From positions 5,181,741 through 5,245,740 of the forward strand of contig MU058636.1 of assembly GCA_013265495.1 (NCBI GenBank): a stretch of 64,000 bases of DNA, read 5' to 3'. Both the position numbers and the translations under genes were made by a program. Source of the stretch: Vicugna vicugna (taxonomy: Eukaryota). Shown here one piece after another: positions 37,521 through 50,869 of the stretch. The stretch's first letter is position 1. Each line of letters starts with the position of its first letter. The notes below the pieces were generated by a model. The model was not told the origin of the DNA. It saw only the letters and a program-made list of their open reading frames with translations, and did no database searches.

Positions 37521-37680
37521 AGATGGTTCATTTTATGTGTCTATTTGGAGGGTGATTTTGGATGAGATTAGGATCTAAACTGGTGAACTTTGGGAGTAGC
37601 AAGTTGTTCTTCATATTATGGGTGGGCCTCATCTAAGCAGTTGAAGGCCTGACAAGAGCAAAAAAACTGATCTCCCCAAG
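37521..37680 (+). mobile_element. MLT2-like (ERVL) LTR 5' fragment containing the right arm (37526-37654)
   Basis: gatggttcattttatgtgtc...ggatgagatta...gggtgggcctcatctaagcagttgaaggcctga...aaaaaactgatctcccc resembles the MLT2 5' end with an internal deletion. Confidence 0.85.
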
Positions 37681-37958
37681 ATCCAGGTGCCAGCTGATTT
37701 GGTTCCTGGTGAGGACCCACTTCCTGGCTTGCAGATGGCCACCTTCTTGCTGTGTCCTCACGTGGAAGAAGGAAGGTGCTCTGGTTGTTCTCTTCCTGTA
37801 AAGAAACTAATCCCATCATGAAAACCTCAACCTTTGAAACCATAAAAGACTCGTCTAACCTTAATTACCTATAAAAATCTCCCTCTCCAAATACATCACA
37901 TTGGGGGTTAGGACTTCAACGTATGAGTTTCAAGGGTACATAAACATTCAGTCCATGA
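37681..37958 (-). mobile_element. MLT1A-like LTR fragment
   Basis: cttcctggcttgcagatggccaccttcttgctgtgtcctcacgtgg...atcacattgggggttaggacttcaacgtatgagttt...aacattcagtccat. Confidence 0.85.
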
Positions 37959-39879
37959 GGACATTGTACAAGTCACACACTGTGAAGGTGTTTGCAGAAA
38001 TGCTGCTAGGAACGCTTCTAAAATGTTAACTTTTGACTTCAGCTGGACTTGGATCCATCATTCTCCTGTTTAAAGTAGTTGGTTTTACACATGCAGAGGT
38101 TAAATATACTGCATCTTACTTCACTTGAAGAGGAAATCTGTGGTCCTCTCAGCTCAGTAACAGATGGCCAAAGTTTACAAAACCACTAAGAAAACATAGT
38201 CAATGTATTAAAACAAAGGTCACTGCTAAAGTTGAACCATTTCGTTCATGTTTTGATCCATAATGTAACAGTGCTCTAATCTGGAAAAAGAAAATACTGG
38301 GCATCATTTAAAAAGCAGCAACACCCGCATTTAGCTGTTCAGAGCAGTTTCTTTTTTTGGATGAAAAGGCATTAAATAAAGTATTTCTAAGGGAATGGTT
38401 CCATGCAGCAACCTTGATGAGAAAATTACTGATGTGATTGGCATCCCAGTGCCTTCACTGTGATGAAAATTGAGTTATCTTCCTCTTAATATTTTGTGGC
38501 TAAAAATTTGCTATGCAATATGACATTAATGAAAAATCTGGAAAAGAATTAGGAAGTAATTATTGTTTACATGAAACTATTCAATTACTTATGGAAGAAA
38601 ATCGCTCAACTTCAATCTGACCTCATTCTCCAAAGGGAAAATGTACACTTGACAGTCCACTGTCAGTATCTATCTGTCTGTCTGTCTGTCCGTCTCTCTT
38701 AGTATCACTCTCATGGTTAATCAGAATGTCTCAGGCATTGTAGAAGTAAGAAATCTAGGGAGAAAGTATGTTCCTGACATCACAATCAATTCATTTGTTT
38801 ATTTATATTTAATTGATTGAAATAAGTATGTGAGCGATATTAAAAAAACTATTCTGTGCTTACCCTGATCTGCATCGGCCATAGGATGATCAGAAGCTGT
38901 GGTTACTCAGGGCACATGCATCTATCCGTGATTCCCTATGGACTCCACCCTCCACCTCACCCACTGCCACGACTGCAGGTGTTTTGATCGTGATAGTAAA
39001 GGTGAAGAGCGAGGGTGCTGAGTGAAGTCGGGAGTCATGCCTGGGAGGCGAAGGCGCAGCTCGAAGAAAGGGCCTGGGGGTCCTTGTGAAGGAGATGAAA
39101 GAGGCAGCCTTTCTTGTAGACCCTTCAGTCCTTCACGTGAGGCCATGTTTCCAGGAATTGAACTGTGACAACATTTACTTGGGGAATTTAAAGGGAGCAA
39201 AAGAACACATCACCTTTGAGCTTTTCTTTTCCTTTCTTTTTTTAACATGAAAGTGACACTCAGTATGTAGAATGAGGAGACCAGGGGTCACTACAAGGTG
39301 ACACAAGAGTGGAGAGTCAGAGAGAGTAAAGCAGTGAAACAGAAAGGCTGGAGTTATGCCATGCCTTTCTTAAAAGTTTAAAGATGCTATAATTTCTGTG
39401 GCACATAAAACCCTCCAATCCCCAAAGACCATACATGAGTCAAAATAGTGGATTGTGTCTCTCTTATTTTTTCTTGTCTTCTAATAATAATATTAAATAA
39501 CTGTATCATGTTTGCTGATAAAGACATCACAGTGACCTCAATTTTCAATCACTTGAATGCATCCTAAGGCAATTATACTTGTTAGGTCATATGAGACAAT
39601 TTCATATGAGAAACATATATTTGAATTAAATACAGTGACGATAACAATGACATGCATTGACTGCTTAACACACGCCAGACTGTTCTAACTGCGTCACTTC
39701 TATTAACTAATTTCATTAAGGAGAGGAACAAGCATCATAGAAAATACAAATTTTATGGTTGGCAGAATAATTCATTTTTAAAATGTGGAACTGCTAAATG
39801 TAATAAGGTAAAAATAAAACATGTGTGGTTGGTCACGTGGATCCCAGGTGACACGAAGAGGTAAGGTATTTATAATATC

Positions 39880-41635
39880 TAAAATGAATGCAGGATTGAC
39901 ATCTAGACTATGAGGAACTTCTGCACATCAGCAACAACAAAGTACTCCAATAGAAAAATGGGCAAAATATGGAAAAGGCATTGTACAGACGAGGAAACTC
40001 TTTGAGGTAATAAACATATGGAGAGATGCCCTAAAATTATTAATAAGAGAAATGCAAATAAAATAATGAGATACCACTTGGTGCCCATTAACTAGGCAAT
40101 AATGAGAGAGCTGGATATTGCCTCCTGTTGCCAAGGATGTGAGATTAGGAGCATCTTGCTCTGTTGGTGGAAGAGTAGACTGGGGCAGTCATCTGGGGGG
40201 CGGTGACCTTACTCAGTCCAACCACATGTGTGACCAAGGGTGTTGATTGCAGGTTGTCTAGGGCAGGTTATAGAGGCAATCTGATATCCCTCATCAGGAG
40301 TGGATAGGGAAAAGGTAAGGGTGAACCCCATGGAGGACTATATTGCAGCTAGAAGCAACAGATTCAATTTTCCTATAGGAGCATGCATAGATCTTAAAAC
40401 TATAGCACTGAGTGGTAAGAAACATGAATTATATAACATGATTCTATTTCTATTAATAAAAGGTATGTCTTAGCTATATACTTCTTAGAAGAAAACATAA
40501 GGGAAAAACTTCATGGTGTTAAATTAGGCAGTAATTTCTTGGCTACAACATCAAAAGCACAGACAGGCCATAAAAGAAAAAAGTAGATAACTTGGACGTC
40601 ATCAAAATTAAAAACTTCTGTGTATCAAAGGATACTATCAAGAGACTGAAAGGCAACCCATGGAAGGGGAGAACATTTCTGCAAATCATGTATCATATAT
40701 CTGATAAGGGATGAATACCCAGGATATATAAAGGACTCCCATATCTCAACAACCAAAAAGCAAACAACTAGATTGAAAAATGGGCAATCCAAAGAAAATA
40801 TGTTCAATATCACTCATCATTTGGGAAATGCATATCCAAACCACAATGAGACACCACTCCACGCCCATTCAGATGGCTATCATGAAGGCAAAAACGAACC
40901 GGAAAATAACAAGTATTGGCAAAGACGTGGAGAAATTGGAAACCTGTGTATTGCTGCTGGGAATGTAAAGTGGTGGATCCACTGTGGAAAAAAGTATGGT
41001 GGTTCTTCAAAATATTAAACATGGAATTACCATATAATCCAGCAATTCTACTTCTGGGTATATACCACAAAGAAGGGAAAGCAGGAACCTGAGCAGATAT
41101 TTGCACAGCCATGTTCATAGCAGCGTTATTCACAGTAGCCAAACAGTGGAAACAATCCAGGTGTCTGTCAACAGATGAATGAATAAACAAAGCGTGGTAC
41201 AGACATGCAATGGAATATTATTTGGCCTTAAAAAGGAAGGAAATTCTGACATATGCTGCAACATGGATGAACCTCGGAGACAGTTTGTTAAGTGAAATCT
41301 CAGTCACAAAAGAACAAATATTGTATGATTCCACTTACATGAGCTACCGATAGTAGTCAAATTCATAAAGACAGAAAGCTGAGTCGGGGTTGCCAGGGTT
41401 TGGAGGGATGGTGGCATGAGGAGTTACTGTTTAATGGGCACAGAGTTTCAGTTTCGGGTGATGAAAAAATTTTGGAGTTGGATGGTTGTGGTACTTGCAC
41501 CATGTTGTAAACGTACTTAATGCAACTAAACCGTGCACTTAAAAGTGGTTAAAATGATAAATTTTATGTTACGTATATTTTACCTCAGTTTAAAAAATGA
41601 AAAATAGATTAAAAAAGACAAAAAGAAAAAATACA
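39880..41635 (+). mobile_element. L1 cluster: older L1ME-like piece (~39880-40460) followed by L1MB-like ORF2 end and 3' UTR (~40470-41635)
   Basis: atcaaaattaaaaacttctgtgtatcaaaggatactatcaagaga, gaattaccatataatccagcaattctacttctgggtatatacc, aaaagtggttaaaatgataaattttatgtta, then A-rich tail. Confidence 0.9.
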
Positions 41636-42469
41636 TAATTTCAATAGTTTCAGCATAGAAGTGCAGTCATTTTTTTAAAAAAAGGAGAAGGGAGATGTGC
41701 TTATCTTTTTGCTGATAGGAAATGGTCAAAACAACATGTAATAATTAAATGATGTTATGCAAATTTTTAAAGTAATTAGTTTGAGAATATGTTTTGGGAG
41801 AAAATATATATTTGCACAAAGCAACAAACATTTCAAGGTTTCTGTAAAACACAGCAGAATGTTTGATGAGGGAAGGGGAAATGGATTGGCTGCAAGGATA
41901 CGAGGGAATAAGTAAGTAAATGGAGCAGGAGAAGGGAAAAATACTTCTAATCTATCAACTCAATTCAGTTTAATAAATACTTATTAAGACTTTACTTTTT
42001 CCAGACACTTTATTTGTATTTGTTCTTTCTGATGATATCTGAGCCTAAATATGATTTATGAACATGGGGTAATGAGACTGTTTATTAGCTTTAGTTAGGG
42101 AATTTTATGTGCCACAAGAACAGAGAGAAAAATAAAAATTTATTGCTGGAGAAAAGTATCTTCTAAGATCCTTTATCTTGCTTACATGGTAAGATAAACT
42201 GACATATAATAAATGAGATTCTATCTTCAATGTAGCTTTTATCTCGAGCAATGCTATTAAACCATTAAAAGCCAAGAAATATAATTAAAAATAAGCTGTA
42301 ACGTGAAAAATGTGATAGATTTGGAAAAGATGAAATGTTATTTGGATTATTTGTGTATTAGTCTTTTATGAAAAATAAAGCCTTAGAAGTATATTTAGCT
42401 ATTTCTAAGTCCTACAAAGCCAACATGCCCTAATAAAACGAATCCTTAATAACCCCCAATCATTTGTTA

Positions 42470-43760
42470 AGTCAACAAATATTTATTAAATTCCTACCAC
42501 GTGCCAGACACTGGTGCTCAATGAGCATTCTACACCATAAATTTCAAGTTCATATCTCTACCCCAGACTCTGGGTTCCAAACCCACAGCACAGCCTTCTG
42601 TGCATGACTGCTTGCCTGTATCAAAGGGACTTTAAACCCAACACGTCCAAAAAAACCTTGTGATTCATCCCCAAGAAATGTTGTTCCTTCAGTTATTTTT
42701 CTCTCGGGGAATGGCTCAGCCATGCAGCTCATTGGCACAAGCCAGACTCTAAGTGAGCATCGCTCTCTCTCTGTCACTTGTCTTACCCAGTGGCTTGACC
42801 AAGTCCTGTTGATTTTATGTTTTAAATATTTCCCAAATGCATTCACTTCCTTCCATCTTCAGTTGCCATTGCAGTCCAAGCTACTTTGTTATCTCGTTTC
42901 TTTTTTGTTTTCAGTGTTCATAAGTAAAGTTTTACTGGAACACAGCCGCTCACTTATTTACCTGTTGTCTACAGCTGCTGTCACACAGCGTCAGCATGGG
43001 TACTGGTGACAGAGACTGTGCAGCCTGCAAAGCCGTACCAACTATCTGGCTCGTTCCAGAAAAAGTCTGCCGGCCTCTGCTCTAGGATATTTCTTATCTG
43101 AGCAAATCTCTTATTTCTTGACAGGATTCTCTGCCTAAAATATGCCCAGCCGTTCACCTCAGTGTCCACACTGAAGCCAAATCTGGTTGGGTCATCTCCT
43201 ATCCCTCTTCCCCTCTTAAAAATCTGTCTGTTAAGTTGAAGAAAAAAATCTTTAGGTGACGCATTCTTGGTATGCGCCTACCTATCTCTCTGTGCTCTCA
43301 TTCCACCCTTTCCTTTCTTCTCTTTGCCCTTGCACATTGGCCTTTAAGTCCCTTGTGTGCCCCATGCTCCCTCCTGTCGCAGGATCTTTGCACATGCATT
43401 TATCACAGTGCTGGAATACTCCCTCACTCTCCTTTTCCTTCTTCTTGCATAGTTCATGCGTTCCCTCACACGTGCTTAATGAAAAGCTGCTACACGCAGG
43501 CACTGATTCAGATGTTGGTGCTTCAGTGATAAACTCCCTGCCCTCTCGAAGGTTTCATTTTGGTGCGCTGAATTTAGACACCGGTGGATTAACTCTGATT
43601 TAGCTCAGCATTCCTTCTTCAGAGAAGTCTGATCAAAGTCGATCAGGTCTTCTTGTTACAAGTTCTCAAAACCTCATGTACTCCTTGCTAGTACTTATAG
43701 AAGCTTGTAATTATGCATTTATTTGAGAGTTTATATGAATAATATCTGACTCACCATTAG
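42470..43760. mobile_element. L2 fragments, both orientations
   Basis: caacaaatatttattaaattcctaccacgtgccagacactg (antisense tail) and sense body pieces (ttaaacccaacacgtccaaaa, ctttgcacatgc). Confidence 0.6.
42900..43079. mobile_element. MER58A-like hAT fragment
   Basis: gtaaagttttactggaacacagccgctcac...gacagagactgtgcagcctgcaaagcc...tatctggctcgttccagaaaaagtctgccggcctctg. Confidence 0.85.
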
Positions 43761-43946
43761 TCTGTATTGTAGTTAATAATACTGTTTTGCACAATTCCCT
43801 AATATAATTTTTCTAGGCTTGTGGAATTGAGTTCAGATTTGTACATATGTTCAAAGAGACCCTGGTCTGTCTAGGGGAATATTTGATAGATGGGCTGAGT
43901 GCTAGGATCTAAGGCTTAGGAAACAGTCTTGTCTGCACTGGGGATT

Positions 43947-44305
43947 GTGGCACCCTACCATCCTCACCTCCTGTTCCCTTGTGTAGCCCCTGCCCACATA
44001 GACCAGGGCTGATGTGGGTAGCCAGTAGAACACAGCAGAAATGGTAGCACATCAATTCTGAGATCAGGTCATAAAAGACATCATAGCTCCGCCTCGTTCT
44101 CTCACTCTGGGGGAGCTGGTCCGCGTGTCATGAGGATGCTCAAGCAGCCATATAGAGAGGTCCACATACGAGGAACTGAGGCCTCCCGCCAACAGCCAAT
44201 GTGCTGCCTGCAACCTCAGGAAAGAAAGCATCCAGCTCAGCCACCTCCAGATTCCTGAACCCCAGAAACTATGAGCTAATAAATGATTGCTGTTGGAAGC
44301 CAAAA
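43947..44305 (+). mobile_element. MLT1F-like LTR
   Basis: ttctgagatcaggtcataaaagaca, gagaggtccacatacgaggaactgaggcctcccgccaacagcca, aataaatgattgctgttggaagcca. Confidence 0.8.
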
Positions 44306-47300
44306 AACTCCAAAAACTGTTTTGCATATTTGAAAGTTGCTAAGAGAATAAATCTTACAAGTCCCTGTCACAAGAGAAAAAATTGTCTAATATATAAGGC
44401 TCCCTTCAAGGAAGGTGATTCAGCAGCTAAAATCAAGTTTGAAAGCCACTGCCCTAAGTCCTGTAAGTGAAAATTGAGGAGGCGTGCAGGAGCGAGTCGC
44501 AGGAGGGCGGAGGCTGGAGGTGTAGGCACAGGTGGGCCGAAAACAGCAACGTGCCTCTTCTCCCGGGGCAAGATGGCCCTGATTGGAAACAAGCTTTCCA
44601 TTAGGTGACTAATTCAAGTGTTTCTGCCTTGGGAAAGCACGTTAGATTTGAAGTGTTTCTGAAGATACTGTTTTCATTATCAGGCATTAGACACTGGGGA
44701 ACAGAATGAAAGTTCCAAACTAGATTCTCTCTCAATTCAATCCCTGACTTCCCCTCCGTGCTACTAGAGGTGTGTTCTACAGACATGAGACTACCACATA
44801 CAGAGATGTGGGTTTGATGAGCGGGAAAAAAATAATGAAAGGGTGAGATTATCTATTTTCTTTAGATGGCTACTTTAAAACACAGGTCAGTACATGCTAC
44901 CAGTTTCCCCGTTATTTCTCTTTTGGAAATGCCTGTCCTGCTTTACTGCAATCCCTTTTTGGTTTGCAATATAACTCAGTTTAAGGAAGTTTGCTTGGGA
45001 TCTAAGCTGCTGAAAATCTTGTGAAGCAGAAGAATAATTGTCATGATTTTTATTCTTTCTTCTGTATTTGCAGCTCTACGCTAATTATAATGAGTTTTGA
45101 ATTTCTTTTTATTTTTATTTCTGTAAGTGGCTTGGCTTTCCATAACAATAGCCCAAGTAGTGAATTTAACACATTGTAGATTGTAAAAAACAGTTTATTT
45201 CTTATCAGGCTTAAAGAAATATTCCTATTGTCTCATTAGGAGCTAGTGAGTTCTTTCTTGTACTAGAGAAAAATTCTTTCTCTACTGCATGTAACTTTAT
45301 GTATATGCATCTTTGGAAACCGTCATTCTATACCTATTTAAGCAAACTCACCATATCCTTACTGAATTATTATGTAATACATACATCACAACCTTGACTT
45401 CTTGGTGCTTATGTTCTCAGGGGACACAAAACATACAGAACCTGTACTCTCCTTCTTTGAGCACATATGGGTCATCTTTAATTTAAAAGTAACTTTAAAG
45501 TTGGTTTCGCCAGTGTTTTGCATGCACACTATTATTATTCTAAAAGCCAGTTTGCCTCCTTATGCCTTTGATTCTTCCGTCAGTTCCTGCTCATTAATGC
45601 ACACAGCACTATTAATTAATTCATAGCAATGTTCTCTGTTCTCTTCATAACATGATCTGAATGGTCAACTTGTTCTATTCAGTAGATGTCTTCGTTAGGC
45701 TGCCTCTGACAACTCCTGTAGCTTTCCTGGTGAGGTTTCCACTAATTCCAAACCTATTGGTCCACATGAATGACTTACTTTTTTTTTTTCCCTAAAATGA
45801 ACTTCCTTGCTTTTGTGAATCTTGAGACTCATCAGGCAACATGCCAACCAGGAATCAGTTTTCCTCTGTGCTCTTCATTCTTAATGAACTAAAATAATGG
45901 TGGGGCCCCCAACAGATTCGGCACCTCCCAGAACATCTGAGATATCCGGCTGGATCCCATGCGGATCAGCCACGCCGTGCTAACACCTCTGCTTTCACTG
46001 CATTGTTTTCTCATTCTACTCCGTGACTTCTGTGGGAGCTGTTCACAAGAGCAGCTCCCTGGCTGTCATGCAAGCTTGATGCAGACATTTTTAATCAACA
46101 TTTCTTTTTCTGATTATAAAACTAATAATCTAGAAAATTTCAAAATTATATAAAGAACACACAAAGATCAAAATTATTTGGGATGTCACCCCACCGAGGA
46201 AGCTAGGATTAACATTCGGGTGCATTTCCTTCTGGCCTTTTTGTTGACACACACATACACACATATACATCCCTCCCGACATGTAACAGGATGTCCTAGC
46301 TGAAACCACACTGAGTCCTCCCGAGTTTAACTATCTGGAAATTGACTGGACTGCTGCCCCCTCCAGGCATGAGTGTATGTTTGATTGGGGGCATGGTTCT
46401 CTGGAACAAGTGTTTTGGGAGAGGGATGTGCTGGAATTTTGTGTTCCTTAAGGCCCAAGTAAAGATAGATGAGGACAGAGGCAGCAGGGAGAAAGGTGTG
46501 GTATCCCTTCCCCACCGGGCCCTCCACATGGAGTTGCAGCCTTTAGAGGGAGAGGAATTGTAAAAAGCAACAAAATGACTTGTTTTATGGATATTTGAGT
46601 TTGGAGTCACAGAGTATGGCTTTGGGGCCTGGGTGACAACGTGCTGGAGCTGAAGAGGAAGCCATTGCTGTGTTTCCTGGCACCAAAAGTGAGGATTCCA
46701 GGAACGGAGCCCGCCTTGAGCAGACACTGGCATTTCCTGCTGGGTGTTAGTAGCCCTTCCCGGGGCTGCACCAGCAGTGGACAACGTCTGGGGAGCAGGA
46801 ACAGGTGAAAATGCTAGATGCCAGGTGGTCCTCTACCTGAGAGTCAGATATGAGCACGTGCAGGGACCTTTGGCAGGGGGGCATCCCAGGTTCTGGGTAT
46901 GCAGAAGGGAGCAAGAACAGAAACTGTGGCATCTAAATACTAGTGTGACAGCATTCATATTTGTAGGCTTGTGACATCTGGGATTTCCAGTTACATACTT
47001 CTTTGTCTCTCTCATGTTCTCTATTAAAATTAGGATATATTCTGTGTGTACTATTTTGTATCCTGCTCTTTCCCCCTTGTTAGTATGGTTTTTCTCAAGC
47101 CACTAAATACCGTCTTTAAAAAGGCTTAAGCTTATAAAACAAGTTTCAGAAAAAGGGAAATCATCCCTCTCCAGACATAAATACTCTGCATCTCCAGCAT
47201 TTAGTAAGCAGGGAAGGTAAAACAGGAAGAGGAGAGAGCAGGGATATCTTGTCTATTTGAAAGCAATTACATTCACCATCAGTGAACATGTAGTTACTGA

Positions 47301-50300
47301 GTTCCCATGCCATAGACACTGGTGTAAAGAAAGTAAAAAAATATGTCTTAGGAAACTTCAAAGATAGTTTGGGATACAACATTTGAACTTAAGAAGAATT
47401 AAGTAATAACAGGAGTTAAATAATATTTAATAGTAGCATGAAACATTTCACGGGAAATCACATACTAATCACGGCCTACGTGACAAGAGTGAGTCATGGT
47501 ATAATCATTGTTGGAAAGAACCTTTGAAATCTTCTTACCCCAACTTCTCATTCGTGTCTCTAAGCTGGCACACACAACATGTTTGGTAGTTGTGTGTCTG
47601 TCTCCTCCCTCTCTATGACCCACCCTCCCTCCCAGGCCCTTGGGTGTAAGGGATTGCCCTGGGCCATTGCCACAGCTCAGGGCTTCTTCACAGAGGGAAA
47701 AATTCATTTTAAGCACTCAGGAAAGTTTGTGGCAATAAAATGAATTGCATATGTCAGGTACGTCGTTGTCCCACATTGCTTTGTAATAATATGTGATCAG
47801 TGAATGAAGGTGGACCACACAACAACAACAGCTGCTGTGGCAAAGAGGGAAGAGCAGGAGCGGTCACGGTCATGGTCAAATCATCCATCATGTATTGACT
47901 GCATTTCCTTGGGAAAATTAGTGAATGCTTCTGGGTCTTTCTAGTCACTGGGTGAATCCAGCTGGTATGTAGTTCTTGCCTTACTCCTAGACCCGTTTAA
48001 AAACATTGCTTTTTCTTGTATCATTTGGTTTCGTTTCCATATTTAAGGATTAAGTCAATTTGTGTCATCCGTAAAGTTTCAATACTTTGAAGGTGTTTTG
48101 AGGATGGGTGACCGTGAGAATAGAGGTAAGGTAGTTTCGAAGGACGATCATGACTTGCACATATATTAGTTTGCTAGGGCTTTCGTAACCAACGCACTGG
48201 CTTTTAACAAGAAAAGCGTCCTGAACAAACCCATCCCGTTCTCTCATGGCCCCTTATTTTCGTTCCTCTCTCCTCGCTCCAAGTGCATGTTTTGTTAACA
48301 CACACTTGCTTGTGTTTTCTGAGTGTCCTCTTTAGGGTGTAACTTGCTTCCTCAATCAGATGCCAAGCTCTCTGTCCATTTCCTCCTTCTTTTCTAGTCC
48401 TCAGAGGACACGTGGAGCACTGTAAGTGACCTCTTTTCTGGATGAATATGAGAAGTTGCCCGCAACCTGGGCCTCTGGCTGGAAAATGGAGAGGAAGGAG
48501 AAGCCCATCGCGGTGCCCTGGTCAGACTTTCTGAGGAGGGTAGCTTTTGCAGCTGAAGTGGGAGGTCAGCTGCTGGAAGCGGTTCCACTCCCTCATGTTA
48601 GACAATATGGGGAAAGGCTGTAGCTGACAACAGGACCAAGAACAGCATGACCTAGTAACCACTGTAGCCAGAGGAGCAGGGAGAGTCTGTTCGCTGCAGT
48701 GGCCTGCTTAATTCTCCCCAGCGGTCCATTAGGAAGAAGAAGAAGAATACATTACTTTTCTTAAGGAATTTGTCATTTTTAGGAGCTTCTGGAAAATAAA
48801 CTTAAGAAGCCATTGGAGTATTTTTTTCCCCCTGATTTTATACTCTTTCAACAGAACTTTCAAGAAAGAAAGGACTTAGAATGCCCTACCCTCCCAGAGC
48901 TTCTCGGACCTGGGTGGTGACTGGCGCCTGGGGCAGACCACCCCAGGGAGATGCTGCTCTGAGGTGCTGGAGGGCTGCTCAGGGCCACCCAGCAGCCGAA
49001 CAGCCTACGCACCAACCCCGATCCAGCACGAACACTGCTGGCTCCAACGGCCTGAGCGAGGTTGATGCTCAGAAGTCCCCTCGGTGCCTTAAAGTACCTC
49101 TGCACCCTTGTTCCTGTTTCCACGGGAAGGCCCTCAGGTCCCAGAGAGACAGACCTATGTTCAGAATGAAGCTGGGTGCATGGTTCCATCAGCAGCTCAC
49201 AAGACTAGTACTTTGAAGGGAGAAGGGTAGGACACTGAGGAAGAAGGCTAGCAAGTGATTATAATGGTGGACAAAGGAATCCAAGCTTTGTGAAGAGGGA
49301 AGTGAGGTGATTGGTAGGGTCAGGATGATAGACACCGGCAAGGTCAAAGGACTGTCAGTCCTAGTGGAGTCAGAGAGTCGTCGTCAGGGAAGTGCTAGCG
49401 GGAACAAGAGGGAAGGTGGCGAGTGGCAGAGAGTAGGATGACTGAAACAGATTTCGGAGGCGATGCAATGATTGCTTATGACAAAGTCTAGGGTATGACA
49501 TGGGAGTCTGTGGTGAAAGTAAGTTGGAGACCAGGATCCTTGGAGATGAGGAGGTTATTGTATTTAGAGGCCAGAAAGCTGGGGAGAGGGTCTGCATGAA
49601 TATTGAAATCATCATAAGGGTGAAGAGGGAAGGACCATGAGTCAGATGCTGAAGTCTTCAGTGAATGAGAGGAGTTTACATGGTTGTGATGGAGGAACTG
49701 TAGGCTGATGGCACATCTTTTAAAGTCCTGGGGGCTGCAGGGAGGATGAAGAAACCATTGTCCGGAGGAGACAACAAGGTTTTTTCCATTCTCTGCCCAA
49801 ATTGTGCTTTCCCAGCATGTCCCTTGTCTGTTTTCCTTTCCATTTCTCTCCTTGAATGCCTGCTTTCACATTTGCAATTATGATTTGAGATATGTTCATT
49901 CTTTGAAACTCAACATCTGCCCTTTGGAGAAGTGACAAAATGCTTAAACTGGGAGAGCAGAAGTATGGGAGGAAGGACAGAAGGGACAAATGCAAGAGAC
50001 ATTTTGAAGAAAGAGTCAACACAGTCTATCTGACCATTGCATATAGAAGGCAAGGGAAAAGAGAAATGAAAGATAACTCCAGGGTTTTAAGCCTGGAGAT
50101 GGGAGAATATCGAATATCATCATCACCGAAAGAAACAGAGAAATGAGCAGGAGGAAGTAAATGTGAGGAAATAAAAAGAGGAAAAATTAATTATTTTTGG
50201 TATAAATAATTATTTTTAAAATTTTGCTATATACTTTACTAACTATGTATGGATTTGTGTGTGTATTTTAAAACATAAACTGGACTGTGATTTACCTAAA

Positions 50301-50869
50301 ATTGCATAACCTGCTCTTTTAACACTTAACAGTACATTGTAAACCTTCTATGTCATTGCATAGTGATATTAAGGTTGTTTCATTTCTTTTGCTGCATTCA
50401 ATTCTTTTGCAATAATTGTTCTTGTAGCTAAGTATCTGTTCACATTCACGATTCTTTCTTTTTTGTTCATTTTTTTCTCCAAATACATATTTAGTGCTGA
50501 GTCCATGAGATCAAAAATGAATAAGAAACAGCCCTGATCCTCAGGGTTCACACAGTTTAGGGCAAGGAAACAGACAAGTAAATAGGCCTAAACTTACAAG
50601 GCGGGTGTTAGACTCTAAATTCTCTGATGCCCTAGAATATTTTATTGTTTAGAATTTAATTTAAAATTTATATCCTCAACACTTGGTGAAATAGCATGAT
50701 GGTTTCTTTAGGTTAATTTTTAGAAGTGAAGCTGTGATTCAGCATCTTAAGGTTTCAATCTGCATTGCCCAGTTGCTCTTGAGAAAGGCTGTACCAGTTG
50801 TGCTCCCAGTGAAGATGCAGTGGAGGAGGACGAGTCTCCCCTGCTGCCCCCTTCCGCCTCTCTCAGGGT

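Noticed and set aside
46296..46784. 162-aa minus-strand ORF
   Set aside because: No recognisable homology or splice context; low-information composition.
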